DNA of 48,997 nucleotides from Thermoplasmatota archaeon (GTDB lineage: Archaea; Thermoplasmatota; E2; DHVEG-1), in assembly GCA_041550515.1 (NCBI GenBank), contig JBFEOQ010000001.1, positions 1 to 48,997 on the forward strand, in the 5' to 3' direction. The first letter of the stretch is position 1, and each line of letters opens with the position of its first letter. Both the position numbers and the translations under genes were made by a program. Positions 41,127-48,997 of this stretch are shown here, in pieces. The notes below the pieces were generated by a model. The model did no database searches, was not told the origin of the DNA, and saw nothing but the letters and a program-made list of their open reading frames with translations.

Positions 41127-42047
41127 TTAATAAGGATATTTTTTACCTATACTCTCAGTAGAAGTTACTGCTGCTGTCGCTCCTTCAGCACAAGCAGTAA
41201 TAACCTGACGAATACCACCAGTAATATCACCAGCTGCATAAACTGCTTTAATATTTGTTCGACCTTCTTTATCAGTTAGAATAAATCCTTTATCATCAAG
41301 TTTAACACCTAGTTTTTTAGCTAGAATATTCTTTGGTTCTTCGCCAATACTAACAAAAACACCATCTATTTGAAGTTCAGAAAGATCATTTGATTTAGTA
41401 TCTTTTAAAGTTAGAGTTTCGACTTTATCTTTTCCATTTATTTTCTCAACTACTTTGTTTAAATGAAAAATAATACCCTTATTTTGTGCTTCATTTTCAT
41501 AGGCTTTCTCTGCACGAAGTTCATTACGACGATGAATAAGATGAACTTGATTACATCCTATCTGTTTCAGATAAATTGCTTCAATAAGAGCAGAGTTCCC
41601 ACCACCTACAACTGCAACATTTTTGTCTTTAAAAAAGAAACCATCACATGTAGCACAATAAGAAACTCCTTTACCAATAAATTTTCTTTCACCAGTAACT
41701 TCTAACTTTTTATAAAAAGTTCCAGTGCAAAGTAAAATCGCAGTAACGTTATATTTATTTTTAATTGTTTTAATCGTAAAAGTATTTTCTTTTTTTATAA
41801 CATCTACTACTTCTTCACCAAATTTAATTTCTGTATATTTACTTGCTTGAGCTTTCATTTTCTCAACGAGATCTAAACCAGAAATAGAATCAAAACCAGG
41901 ATAGTTTTCTATATTTGGAGAAACCGATGCAAGACCCCCACCGAATCCCATATCAAAAACAATTGTTTTAACACCCGCACGCTCTGCATAAATAGCAGCT
42001 GCATAACCTGCCGGACCAGCACCTATTATCCCAAGCTCATATTTCAT
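41127..42047 (-). CDS. trxB: Thioredoxin-disulfide reductase
   Basis: GAGPAG, ENYPG, CATCDG, GGGNSA, HRR, AAGD. ATG 42047 preferred over the track's 42059. Confidence 0.92.
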   Translation of the reverse strand: MKYELGIIGAGPAGYAAAIYAERAGVKTIVFDMGFGGGLASVSPNIENYPGFDSISGLDLVEKMKAQASKYTEIKFGEEVVDVIKKENTFTIKTIKNKYNVTAILLCTGTFYKKLEVTGERKFIGKGVSYCATCDGFFFKDKNVAVVGGGNSALIEAIYLKQIGCNQVHLIHRRNELRAEKAYENEAQNKGIIFHLNKVVEKINGKDKVETLTLKDTKSNDLSELQIDGVFVSIGEEPKNILAKKLGVKLDDKGFILTDKEGRTNIKAVYAAGDITGGIRQVITACAEGATAAVTSTESIGKKYPY

Positions 42048-42161
42048 AACAAATACCAAAAATACCTAATCTATATTTATTTTTTATTTTTCATACCAAA
42101 TACATAAAACTTATTAGTATCTTTATAAAATTTAAATATTCTACAGGTTCTATTAAAATAA

Positions 42162-42854
42162 TTATACACCTCTAGCATTACAATATTCAAATAGCGGTTT
42201 GATTTCTTCAATTATTTCAAAGATATATTTTTTATCATAAGGTTTAACATAGTTTAACTCTTCTGATAAAACGGGCATTTCGTTTTTAAACTGTTGTAGA
42301 TAATATTTTTTTGAACCTTTTAACCATTTTCCAATTTCTAAAATATCTTTTTTTGTTAAAAATTTTGGAACAATAGTTGTTTTAAACTCATAATCAATCT
42401 GAGATTTTTGTAAAATATCGATTGTTTTTTGAATATCTTTAATGTCTATTTTTCCACCTGTTAATTTTGCATATTTATTCTTTGGTGCTTTTATATCAAC
42501 TGCGATATAATCTACCAATTTATTTTCAATTAGTTCATTTAATTTATCTGGAAAAGTTCCATTAGTATCAACCTTTATTAGAATATTAATTTTTTTTATT
42601 TTTTTACAGAATAGATCTAAATCTTTTTGTAAAAAAGGTTCCCCTCCAGATATTACTAATGCTTCAATTATTCCCTTTCTCTTTTTAAGATGAGTAATTA
42701 TCTGCTTTACATCAATACTTTGAGCAGTTTCATGTACTAGTTCTGTATTATAACAGAAGGGACAATTTAAATTACATCCTATTGTCCAAACAATTGAACT
42801 AATCTTATCTGGATAATCAAGTAGTGAAGTTTTTTGAAAACCACCAATTTTCAT
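42162..42854 (-). CDS. nrdG: Anaerobic ribonucleotide reductase activating enzyme (radical SAM)
   Basis: SLLDYP, GCNLNCPFCYN, SGGEP, DTNG; lies in the nrd operon. Confidence 0.92.
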   Translation of the reverse strand: MKIGGFQKTSLLDYPDKISSIVWTIGCNLNCPFCYNTELVHETAQSIDVKQIITHLKKRKGIIEALVISGGEPFLQKDLDLFCKKIKKINILIKVDTNGTFPDKLNELIENKLVDYIAVDIKAPKNKYAKLTGGKIDIKDIQKTIDILQKSQIDYEFKTTIVPKFLTKKDILEIGKWLKGSKKYYLQQFKNEMPVLSEELNYVKPYDKKYIFEIIEEIKPLFEYCNARGV

Positions 42855-42864
42855 ATTTTAGCCA

Positions 42865-43011
42865 TCATTCGGTTTTTTTAACGCTAAATACTTTACGATC
42901 ACTAAATTCTTGTCGTTTTCCTTGATTCCATTGACTAACAGGGCGAAGATAACCAACAACACGTGAATAAACTTCACATTTAGTCCGTTTATTTTCAATT
43001 TCTTTATCCAT
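42865..43011 (-). CDS. Stand-alone glycyl-radical peptide of class III RNR (48 aa)
   Basis: Own translation: MDKEIENKRTKCEVYSRVVGYLRPVSQWNQGKRQEFSDRKVFSVKKTE*, containing the NrdD C-terminal RVxGY...WNxGKxxEFxDR. AGGAGGT SD 8 nt upstream. Not in the ORF track. Confidence 0.9.
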   Translation of the reverse strand: MDKEIENKRTKCEVYSRVVGYLRPVSQWNQGKRQEFSDRKVFSVKKTE

Positions 43012-43017
43012 TTTTAT

Positions 43018-45054
43018 TTACCTCCTAGCAATTATTTTTTTTTTATAACCTATTTCTTCATCACATTTTGGACAATACTCATGTTCCCCAGCAATATATC
43101 CATGTTTAGGACAAATACTAAAAGTAGGTGTAATAGTATAGTAAGGTAAATGATAATTCTCAGCGACTTTTCGAACTAATTTTTTAACAGATTCTGGAGA
43201 TGGTTCTTCTCCGAGGAACAAATGTAGTACTGTACCTCCTGTATATTTCGATTGCAAAGAATCTTGTAAATCAAGTGCTTCAAAAACATCATCTGTAAAA
43301 CCAACAGGCAATTGTGTTGAGTTTGTATAATATGGTTCTACTTTTCGATTTAATCCACCATTGTATTTATCTTGATTATAAACTCTAATATCAGGATATT
43401 GAGCTTTATCAATTTTTGGTAAACGGTAACTTGTTCCTTCACCAGGTGTTGCTTCGAGGTTAAAAATATTACCTGTTTCCTGCTGATAATCAGCCATTTT
43501 ATCACGCATGTGATTTAAAACTTTCTCTGCAAATGCTTTACCTTCTTGGTCACCGATGCTTTTATTCATAAAATTAAGTAAAGCATCATTCATACCGATT
43601 AAACCAATTGTTGAAAAATGATTTTTCCAATATTCTCCTAAGGTTTTTTTAAGATCAGAGAGATAGAAGCGTGTATATGGATGCAATCCACTAAATGTTA
43701 AATTTTCAATTAGCTCTCTTTTAATCTCAAGACTTTCTTTTGCTAAATCCATCATAGTGTCAAGCTTTTCAAAAAAGTCATTATCATCTTTTGAAAGATA
43801 ACTAATCTGTGGCATGTTGATTGTTACAACACCAATGCTACCAGTTTTTGGGTTTGCACCAAATAAACCCCCGCCTCGTTTTTTTAGTTCTCTATTATCC
43901 AATCTTAATCTACAACACATGCTTCTAGCATCATCCGGTTTCATATCACTATTAATAAAATTTGAAAAATAAGGAACTCCATATTTAGCAGTCATTTCCC
44001 ATATTGGATCCAGCCCTTCATTCCCCCAGTCAAAATCCTTTGTAATGTTATATGTTGGAATTGGAAATGTAAAAGGTCTGCCCTTTGCATCTCCTTCGTT
44101 CATAATTTCTGCAAAGGCATGATTCATCATATTCATTTCATCTGTAAAGTCACTATAATTATCATTTTTTAAATCACCACCAATAATGACTGGTTCATCT
44201 AACATATAACTTGGGATTGAAAGATCCAATGTTATATTAGAAAATGGTGATTGAAAACCTACACGAGTAGGAACGTTCATGTTAAATAGGAATTTCTGCA
44301 TTTCTTGTTTTACGTCTTTGTAGTTTAATCCATCATTTCTTATAAAAGGTGCTAGAAGGCTGTCAAAGTTTGATAGCGCTTGTGCACCAGCTGCTTCACC
44401 TTGCAAAGTATATAAATAGTTAACAATTTGCATAAGTGCTGTACTAAAATGTTTCGCAGGTTTGCTTTCGATTTTTCCTGATACTCCTCTAAATCCTAAA
44501 AGTAGGATATCTTTAAGATCCCATCCTACGCAATAAGCTCCTAGTGTACCAAGATCGTGAAGATGGTATGCTCCTTTTGTGTGAGCTTCCCCAATTTCTG
44601 GAGGATAAATCTTGTTTAGCCAATAATGACTTATGATATTTTCTGTAGCATAAACATTAAGTCCTTGTAAAGAATAAGCCATATTACTGTTTTCTTGAAC
44701 TTTCCAATCCATCATGCTTAAGTAATCATCAACGACATCTATGTCTTTAAGTAAACCTCCAATTTCTCTCATATCTTGATGCTGTTTTCTATATAAGATG
44801 TAAGCTTTTCCTGTTCTTGCATGCCCTTCTTCAATTAGTGTTTTTTCGACAATGTCTTGAACTAGTTCAACTGTTGGTATTTCACCTTTTTTAAGTTCAT
44901 TTTCAATTCTTTTCATTACATTGTCAGTTAGTTCTATTGATTTTTTGTAATCTTTACCGCCAACTGCTTGTGCTGCTTTCCAGATTGCGTTTGTAATTTT
45001 TAAAGGATTAAAATCTACTATTTTTCCGTCTCTTTTCCTTATTTTTCTTATCAT
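43018..45054 (-). CDS. nrdD: Class III ribonucleoside-triphosphate reductase catalytic subunit lacking the glycyl-radical tail
   Basis: N-terminal ATP cone, HLHDL, AYC, FTFPIPTY, RSMCCRL, LEATPGE, YTGGT, CPKH...CPKC, then ends at IIARR* with no RVxGY. Confidence 0.95.
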   Translation of the reverse strand: MIRKIRKRDGKIVDFNPLKITNAIWKAAQAVGGKDYKKSIELTDNVMKRIENELKKGEIPTVELVQDIVEKTLIEEGHARTGKAYILYRKQHQDMREIGGLLKDIDVVDDYLSMMDWKVQENSNMAYSLQGLNVYATENIISHYWLNKIYPPEIGEAHTKGAYHLHDLGTLGAYCVGWDLKDILLLGFRGVSGKIESKPAKHFSTALMQIVNYLYTLQGEAAGAQALSNFDSLLAPFIRNDGLNYKDVKQEMQKFLFNMNVPTRVGFQSPFSNITLDLSIPSYMLDEPVIIGGDLKNDNYSDFTDEMNMMNHAFAEIMNEGDAKGRPFTFPIPTYNITKDFDWGNEGLDPIWEMTAKYGVPYFSNFINSDMKPDDARSMCCRLRLDNRELKKRGGGLFGANPKTGSIGVVTINMPQISYLSKDDNDFFEKLDTMMDLAKESLEIKRELIENLTFSGLHPYTRFYLSDLKKTLGEYWKNHFSTIGLIGMNDALLNFMNKSIGDQEGKAFAEKVLNHMRDKMADYQQETGNIFNLEATPGEGTSYRLPKIDKAQYPDIRVYNQDKYNGGLNRKVEPYYTNSTQLPVGFTDDVFEALDLQDSLQSKYTGGTVLHLFLGEEPSPESVKKLVRKVAENYHLPYYTITPTFSICPKHGYIAGEHEYCPKCDEEIGYKKKIIARR

Positions 45055-45072
45055 ATTTTTCTCTCCTCAATT

Positions 45073-45519
45073 TTATTTTGTTAAATTTTTAATCTCTTTT
45101 TCAAAGGAGGAAACATCAGTAAATCTTCGGTAGACTGATGCAAATCTTATATATGCAACATGGTCAAGTTTTTTTAGATTATCCATTACATACTCTCCTA
45201 TATCTTTACTACTAATTTCTTCTGATGCATTTCTCCTGATTTTTTCTTCTATTTTATCAACTATCTCTTCTACTTTTTCGTAATTAACTGGTCTTTTTTC
45301 AATGGCTTTTTGTATACCATTTTTAATTTTATTTTTATCAAATTTTTCTCTACGTCCATCTTTTTTAATAACATATAAAGGATGCATTTCAATATACTCG
45401 TAGGTTGTGAATCTTTTACCACAATCTAGACATTCACGACGACGTCTGATTGTAAATACTCCTGTATCTCGAGAATCAGTAACTTTAGTCTCAATATGGC
45501 TACAATAGGGACACTTCAT
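45073..45519 (-). CDS. nrdR: Transcriptional repressor NrdR
   Basis: [30 protein letters not shown] cone, [11 protein letters not shown]; GGAG SD. Confidence 0.96.
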   Translation of the reverse strand: MKCPYCSHIETKVTDSRDTGVFTIRRRRECLDCGKRFTTYEYIEMHPLYVIKKDGRREKFDKNKIKNGIQKAIEKRPVNYEKVEEIVDKIEEKIRRNASEEISSKDIGEYVMDNLKKLDHVAYIRFASVYRRFTDVSSFEKEIKNLTK

Positions 45520-45544
45520 TTTATACTCTCCCAACAATAATCAT

Positions 45545-45591
45545 ATACAATATATTGTAGTTTTTCAATCCCAACCTACACTATATAGTAT
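45545..45591. promoter_or_regulatory. Tandem NrdR boxes
   Basis: atacaatatattgtag (45545-60) and ctacactatatagtat (45576-91), 31 bp apart, matching acaCwAtATaTwGtgt. Confidence 0.85.
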
Positions 45592-45601
45592 GATTTAAAG
45601 G

Positions 45602-45609
45602 TATTTAAA
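45602..45609 (-). promoter_or_regulatory. Putative TATA box of the nrd operon
   Basis: Minus strand TTTAAATA preceded by CAAACT, just upstream of the NrdR boxes. Confidence 0.5.
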
Positions 45610-45640
45610 AGTTTGCATTTTACAAAAAATACAAATAAAA

Positions 45641-46270
45641 TTATAATGAAACAACTTTTAAATTTTTAACTGAAATAGAGACTAATTTTTTAATATTTAT
45701 CTTAGTTTCTTCCTTCAATATTTTATCAATTTTAGCCATAGTGGAAGGTTTATTTGGAACAGCATTACATCCACTAGATGGTTTAATAGAAAGTTCATAA
45801 GTCCCAATTTCTTTAGCAATTTTTATAATCTCTTCCTTATCAAAACCAATCAAGGGGCGAAAAATAGGCATATTTACTGCATTTTCAATTGTTCTAATAT
45901 TCTTAAGAGTTTGTGATGCAACCTGACCCAGATTGTCTCCAGTTACTATTGCATTTGCATTATATTTTTCTGCTATTTTTTCTGCATACCTTAAAAGCAT
46001 ACGTTTACAAAAAATGCAAGTAAATTTATCATTACAGTTTTTTTTGTATTCGAAAAGATTGTTTCCATGATCCAAAATAAGTAATCTTACAGAGCAACTT
46101 ATTTTTTTAGATAGATATTTTGCCAAATCTAAAAAATTACTTCTTTCGTTGGAGCCAGAAAAAGGCATTATATCTCCATGAACAAATATTAATTCATCTA
46201 CCTTTTTTGAAATTAAAAAAGTAGCAACTGGTGAATCGATACCGCTTGACAAAAGACTAACCATTTTCAT
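45641..46270 (-). CDS. ThiI-like tRNA sulfurtransferase, catalytic domain only
   Basis: PP-loop LLSSGIDSPVA, CIFCKR, GDNLGQVASQT, RPLIGFDKEEI. No THUMP domain. Confidence 0.8.
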   Translation of the reverse strand: MKMVSLLSSGIDSPVATFLISKKVDELIFVHGDIMPFSGSNERSNFLDLAKYLSKKISCSVRLLILDHGNNLFEYKKNCNDKFTCIFCKRMLLRYAEKIAEKYNANAIVTGDNLGQVASQTLKNIRTIENAVNMPIFRPLIGFDKEEIIKIAKEIGTYELSIKPSSGCNAVPNKPSTMAKIDKILKEETKINIKKLVSISVKNLKVVSL

Positions 46271-46578
46271 GATGTTTCCATACTAATAAAATCTAAATAG
46301 TCTTTAAGTCCACCAATTATTGGTAAAACAATGATATCTGGTATTTCATAATTATGAAGTTGTTTAATACGTTGTATTGTTTTTTTAACATTTTGATCAA
46401 CTGTTTTTGCAATTATGATTACTTCATTTGAATTTTCGATTTTACCTTTCCAACGATAAAAAGATTCAATATTTGGTATAATATTCACACATGCTACTAG
46501 TTGTTCTTGAGTAAGAGTTTGCGCTATTCTTCTTGCAGCTTTTAAGTCAGCAATTGTTGAATATATTACAGCTACCAT
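46267..46578 (-). CDS. cutA: Divalent-cation tolerance protein CutA
   Basis: LVACVNI, SFYRWKG, HNYEIP. Confidence 0.92.
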   Translation of the reverse strand: MVAVIYSTIADLKAARRIAQTLTQEQLVACVNIIPNIESFYRWKGKIENSNEVIIIAKTVDQNVKKTIQRIKQLHNYEIPDIIVLPIIGGLKDYLDFISMETS

Positions 46579-46672
46579 ACCTCTAACCTTTTTATTTTAA
46601 GGATAACATAAAATGTTTTTATTCATCTTATACTTGCCCTAATTTAAAAATTTTTAAATTAAAAAATAATTT

Positions 46673-47071
46673 CTACTTTTTATATTTTATCATATCATTT
46701 TTTGAAATTAAATTTAAAATATCCTGTTTTTTACCATAGAATAAATGACTCTTACATTTGCAATCACTACATCCGAAACCAGAAATTTTTTTTAGTTCTT
46801 GGTTAAACATATTTGCTAATATACATTCTTCTTTAAGAGTATTTTCTTTAAAATAAGCTTCTAAAAACTCAGCTTTATCTAAAAAATAATCAATATGCCA
46901 ATGAAATTTTTTATCTTTGCATAGATGACGATTAATACGTTTTTCTAAATTATTGAACGCACTACCGATATAAATATAAAAGCCTTTTTTAAATAATAAA
47001 TTCCCAATTTTCCCAATCTGTATTTTTTGATTGTTTTTAGTATTTATTAGTAAAATATAAGCTCCTTTCAT
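46673..47071 (-). CDS. GIY-YIG nuclease family protein (DUF123)
   Basis: KGAYIL, YIYIGSA, WHIDY, GFGCSDCKCKSHL. Confidence 0.88.
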   Translation of the reverse strand: MKGAYILLINTKNNQKIQIGKIGNLLFKKGFYIYIGSAFNNLEKRINRHLCKDKKFHWHIDYFLDKAEFLEAYFKENTLKEECILANMFNQELKKISGFGCSDCKCKSHLFYGKKQDILNLISKNDMIKYKK

Positions 47072-47811
47072 ATTATTTTTTCAACAATTTTTTCTAAATC
47101 TTTCATAAAAGAAGTATTCATAAGTTTACCCGGAGAACCAACTGCATCTTCAAGATCCCAATCATAAGATATATTTCCCAAATACTTGAAATCATTTTCT
47201 TTTGCATAATCTTTAATTAATTTCAAATCTTTTAATTTCATATTCTCAATAATCCCTAAAATAGGTAGTTTTAGTTCTTTTAAAATATTTAAAAGCTTAT
47301 CAACTGCACCAAGAGCAACCTTTGAAGGAGTGCTCACAACAACAAACTCAGATTTACTAATAAGATGAATTACATCCAGTGTTTCATCACCAATACCTGG
47401 CGGCATATCAATTATAAGATAATCTAATTCTCCCCAGATAGTAATAGCCAGAAGCTCTATTATTACATTTGTTATATCTATGCCTCGAAGAGGTGCAGGT
47501 TTATCCTGGGAAAAATAAACAATACTCATAAATTTAATGTCAGAAAATTTATGTGGGATAATTCCTTTTTTTTCATTAGGAAAACTAAAATTATCTATCC
47601 CAAGTATTATATGAGATGAAGGACCATATATATCTAAATCAAGAAGACCTACTTTATAACCTTTTTTTGAAAGATTTAAAGCAAAACTTGTTGAAACAAA
47701 ACTCTTACCAACACCACCTTTACCACTTGCAACTGAAATAATATGTTTTATATTTTTTATTCTTTTATTGATTACACTAGTTCTAACTTCCATCTTAGTC
47801 GCTTTCTCCAC
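47068..47811 (-). CDS. Mrp/MinD-family ATPase, probable ATPase-type HypB
   Basis: SGKGGVGKS, DLDIYG, WGELDYLIIDMPPG, ENM. No CxxC of the ApbC/Nbp35 type. Adjacent to hypA. Confidence 0.85.
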   Translation of the reverse strand: MEKATKMEVRTSVINKRIKNIKHIISVASGKGGVGKSFVSTSFALNLSKKGYKVGLLDLDIYGPSSHIILGIDNFSFPNEKKGIIPHKFSDIKFMSIVYFSQDKPAPLRGIDITNVIIELLAITIWGELDYLIIDMPPGIGDETLDVIHLISKSEFVVVSTPSKVALGAVDKLLNILKELKLPILGIIENMKLKDLKLIKDYAKENDFKYLGNISYDWDLEDAVGSPGKLMNTSFMKDLEKIVEKII

Positions 47812-47919
47812 ATTTAAGTAAAAACTTTTTTACAATTTTTCTTGTTTTTAACCTTCCACCATCATATTGATTATTAATAAATTTAATAATAGATTTTTTA
47901 TTTTCAAAACCAGATAACA

Positions 47920-48333
47920 TTATGCTTCTCCTTTAATTCTTGTAATTGATACACCTCGACCTTTAGTTATTTCAAAATCAGGACTACCACATTTGGGGCA
48001 ACGGGTATGAACAAAAGCAGTTTCAGGTATAAAATGTATTGATTCTCCTTCATCTTCACTTAGTATTTTCTTAATATCTGAGAAATTCCAAGTGTTTTTA
48101 CATTTTTTACATTTAAGAGAACTTTTACCTTTTTTGATTATGATTTTTACGTTTTTAAGAATTCCACCTTGATCTTTAATTATTTCATATAATGCAAAAT
48201 TAAAAATATCTTTTTCAATCTGTTGAAGTTCACCAAGTTCTATTTTAATCTCATTAATTTTTTTCATTTTTTGTTTTTTAGATTCTTCAACAGCAGTAGT
48301 TAAAATCGATTCAGCTAGTGCCCACTCATGCAT
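47920..48333 (-). CDS. hypA: Hydrogenase nickel chaperone HypA
   Basis: MHEWALA, GELQQI, CKKC...HFIPE...CPKCGS, GRGV. Confidence 0.94.
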   Translation of the reverse strand: MHEWALAESILTTAVEESKKQKMKKINEIKIELGELQQIEKDIFNFALYEIIKDQGGILKNVKIIIKKGKSSLKCKKCKNTWNFSDIKKILSEDEGESIHFIPETAFVHTRCPKCGSPDFEITKGRGVSITRIKGEA

Positions 48334-48412
48334 AATAAAAATGGTAAAAAGTTGGCCTTGTTTAAAACTTACTGTAGTAAAGCTAAAAAACTTTTATTAA
48401 TTACCACATTTT

Positions 48413-48997
48413 ATGGAATATAAAAAGAAAGAGTTACTTAAGGAAAAAATTGAACATATTGATATTAAACAATTCAATGCAGTACCTTTAGTTCAAAGTT
48501 TTGATAAAATGTCTTTTCAATCACGCAATCTTGCAAGAGCTTGTAAAATTTATAACAGTATGATTAAAGATAAAGATTGCACTATTTTTCTTTGTCTTGC
48601 TGGCTCACTTGTTTCTGCTGGATTAAAAAAGGTTATTGTTGATCTTATAAAGAACAACATGGTGGATTCAATAATATCAACTGGGGCAATTGTGGTTGAT
48701 CAAGATTTCTTTGAAGGTCTTGGATTCTATCATTATAGAGGTTTTATTAATGCTGATGATAACAAACTTAGAGAACTTATGATTGACAGGATATATGATA
48801 CATTCATCGATGAAGAAGATCTCCGTGTTTGTGATATGACAATAAAAAAAATTGCTGATTCTATAAAACCGGGGGCTTATAGTTCTCGTGAATTTATTTA
48901 TTATATGGGGAAATTTTTGGATAAAAAAGGTAAACAAGAATCATTTGTACATGAAGCTTATAAAAAACAAGTACCAATATTTTGCCCAGCATTTACA
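48413..48997 (+). CDS. Deoxyhypusine synthase-family protein, 3'-truncated
   Basis: Own translation: MEYKKKELLKEKIEHIDIK...SFQSRNLARA...LAGSLVSAGL...STGAIVVDQDFFEGLG...IDRIYDTF...PIFCPAFT, open to the window end. Confidence 0.88.
   Translation, partial: MEYKKKELLKEKIEHIDIKQFNAVPLVQSFDKMSFQSRNLARACKIYNSMIKDKDCTIFLCLAGSLVSAGLKKVIVDLIKNNMVDSIISTGAIVVDQDFFEGLGFYHYRGFINADDNKLRELMIDRIYDTFIDEEDLRVCDMTIKKIADSIKPGAYSSREFIYYMGKFLDKKGKQESFVHEAYKKQVPIFCPAFT

Noticed and set aside
951-41705. Many short ORFs overlapping or antisense to long genes (e.g. 951..1358, 15726..16130, 32271..32612, 41463..41705)
   Set aside because: They lie within well-supported genes and show no motifs; expected shadows.
43012-43020. 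Sec/Pyl recoding of the nrdD stop
   Set aside because: The stop is TAA, and the downstream ORF has its own strong SD and ATG.
48677-48937. Track ORF on - strand (86 aa)
   Set aside because: Antisense to the DHS-family gene, which the track missed because it runs off the window.
1-48997. CRISPR arrays, transposases, integrases, rRNA
   Set aside because: No regularly spaced repeats or matching motifs seen by eye.

Overview
AT-rich archaeal chromosome segment. FEN1, PurP, TrmY, ApgM, a Tes homologue, a LysW pathway and Thermococcales-type HypA/HypB point to Euryarchaeota/Thermoplasmatota; an MBG-D/Thermoprofundales-like origin is my inference. Most of it is housekeeping and peptide metabolism. 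The main unexplained items are: (1) a class III ribonucleotide reductase operon (nrdR-nrdD-small ORF-nrdG, followed by trxB) in which the glycyl-radical motif is missing from NrdD and is encoded by a separate 48-aa ORF not in the ORF track, with tandem NrdR boxes over an archaeal promoter; (2) a LysW-type lysine cluster bracketed by an intact tRNA-Gly(CCC) and an exact copy of that tRNA's first 25 nt followed by a GC-rich hairpin; (3) a four-gene group 4 [NiFe]-hydrogenase module with no membrane subunits, followed by hypF; (4) a tetraether synthase homologue lacking the N-terminal auxiliary cluster cysteines; (5) two genes that appear to start at ATT. I saw no CRISPR array, integrase or transposase.
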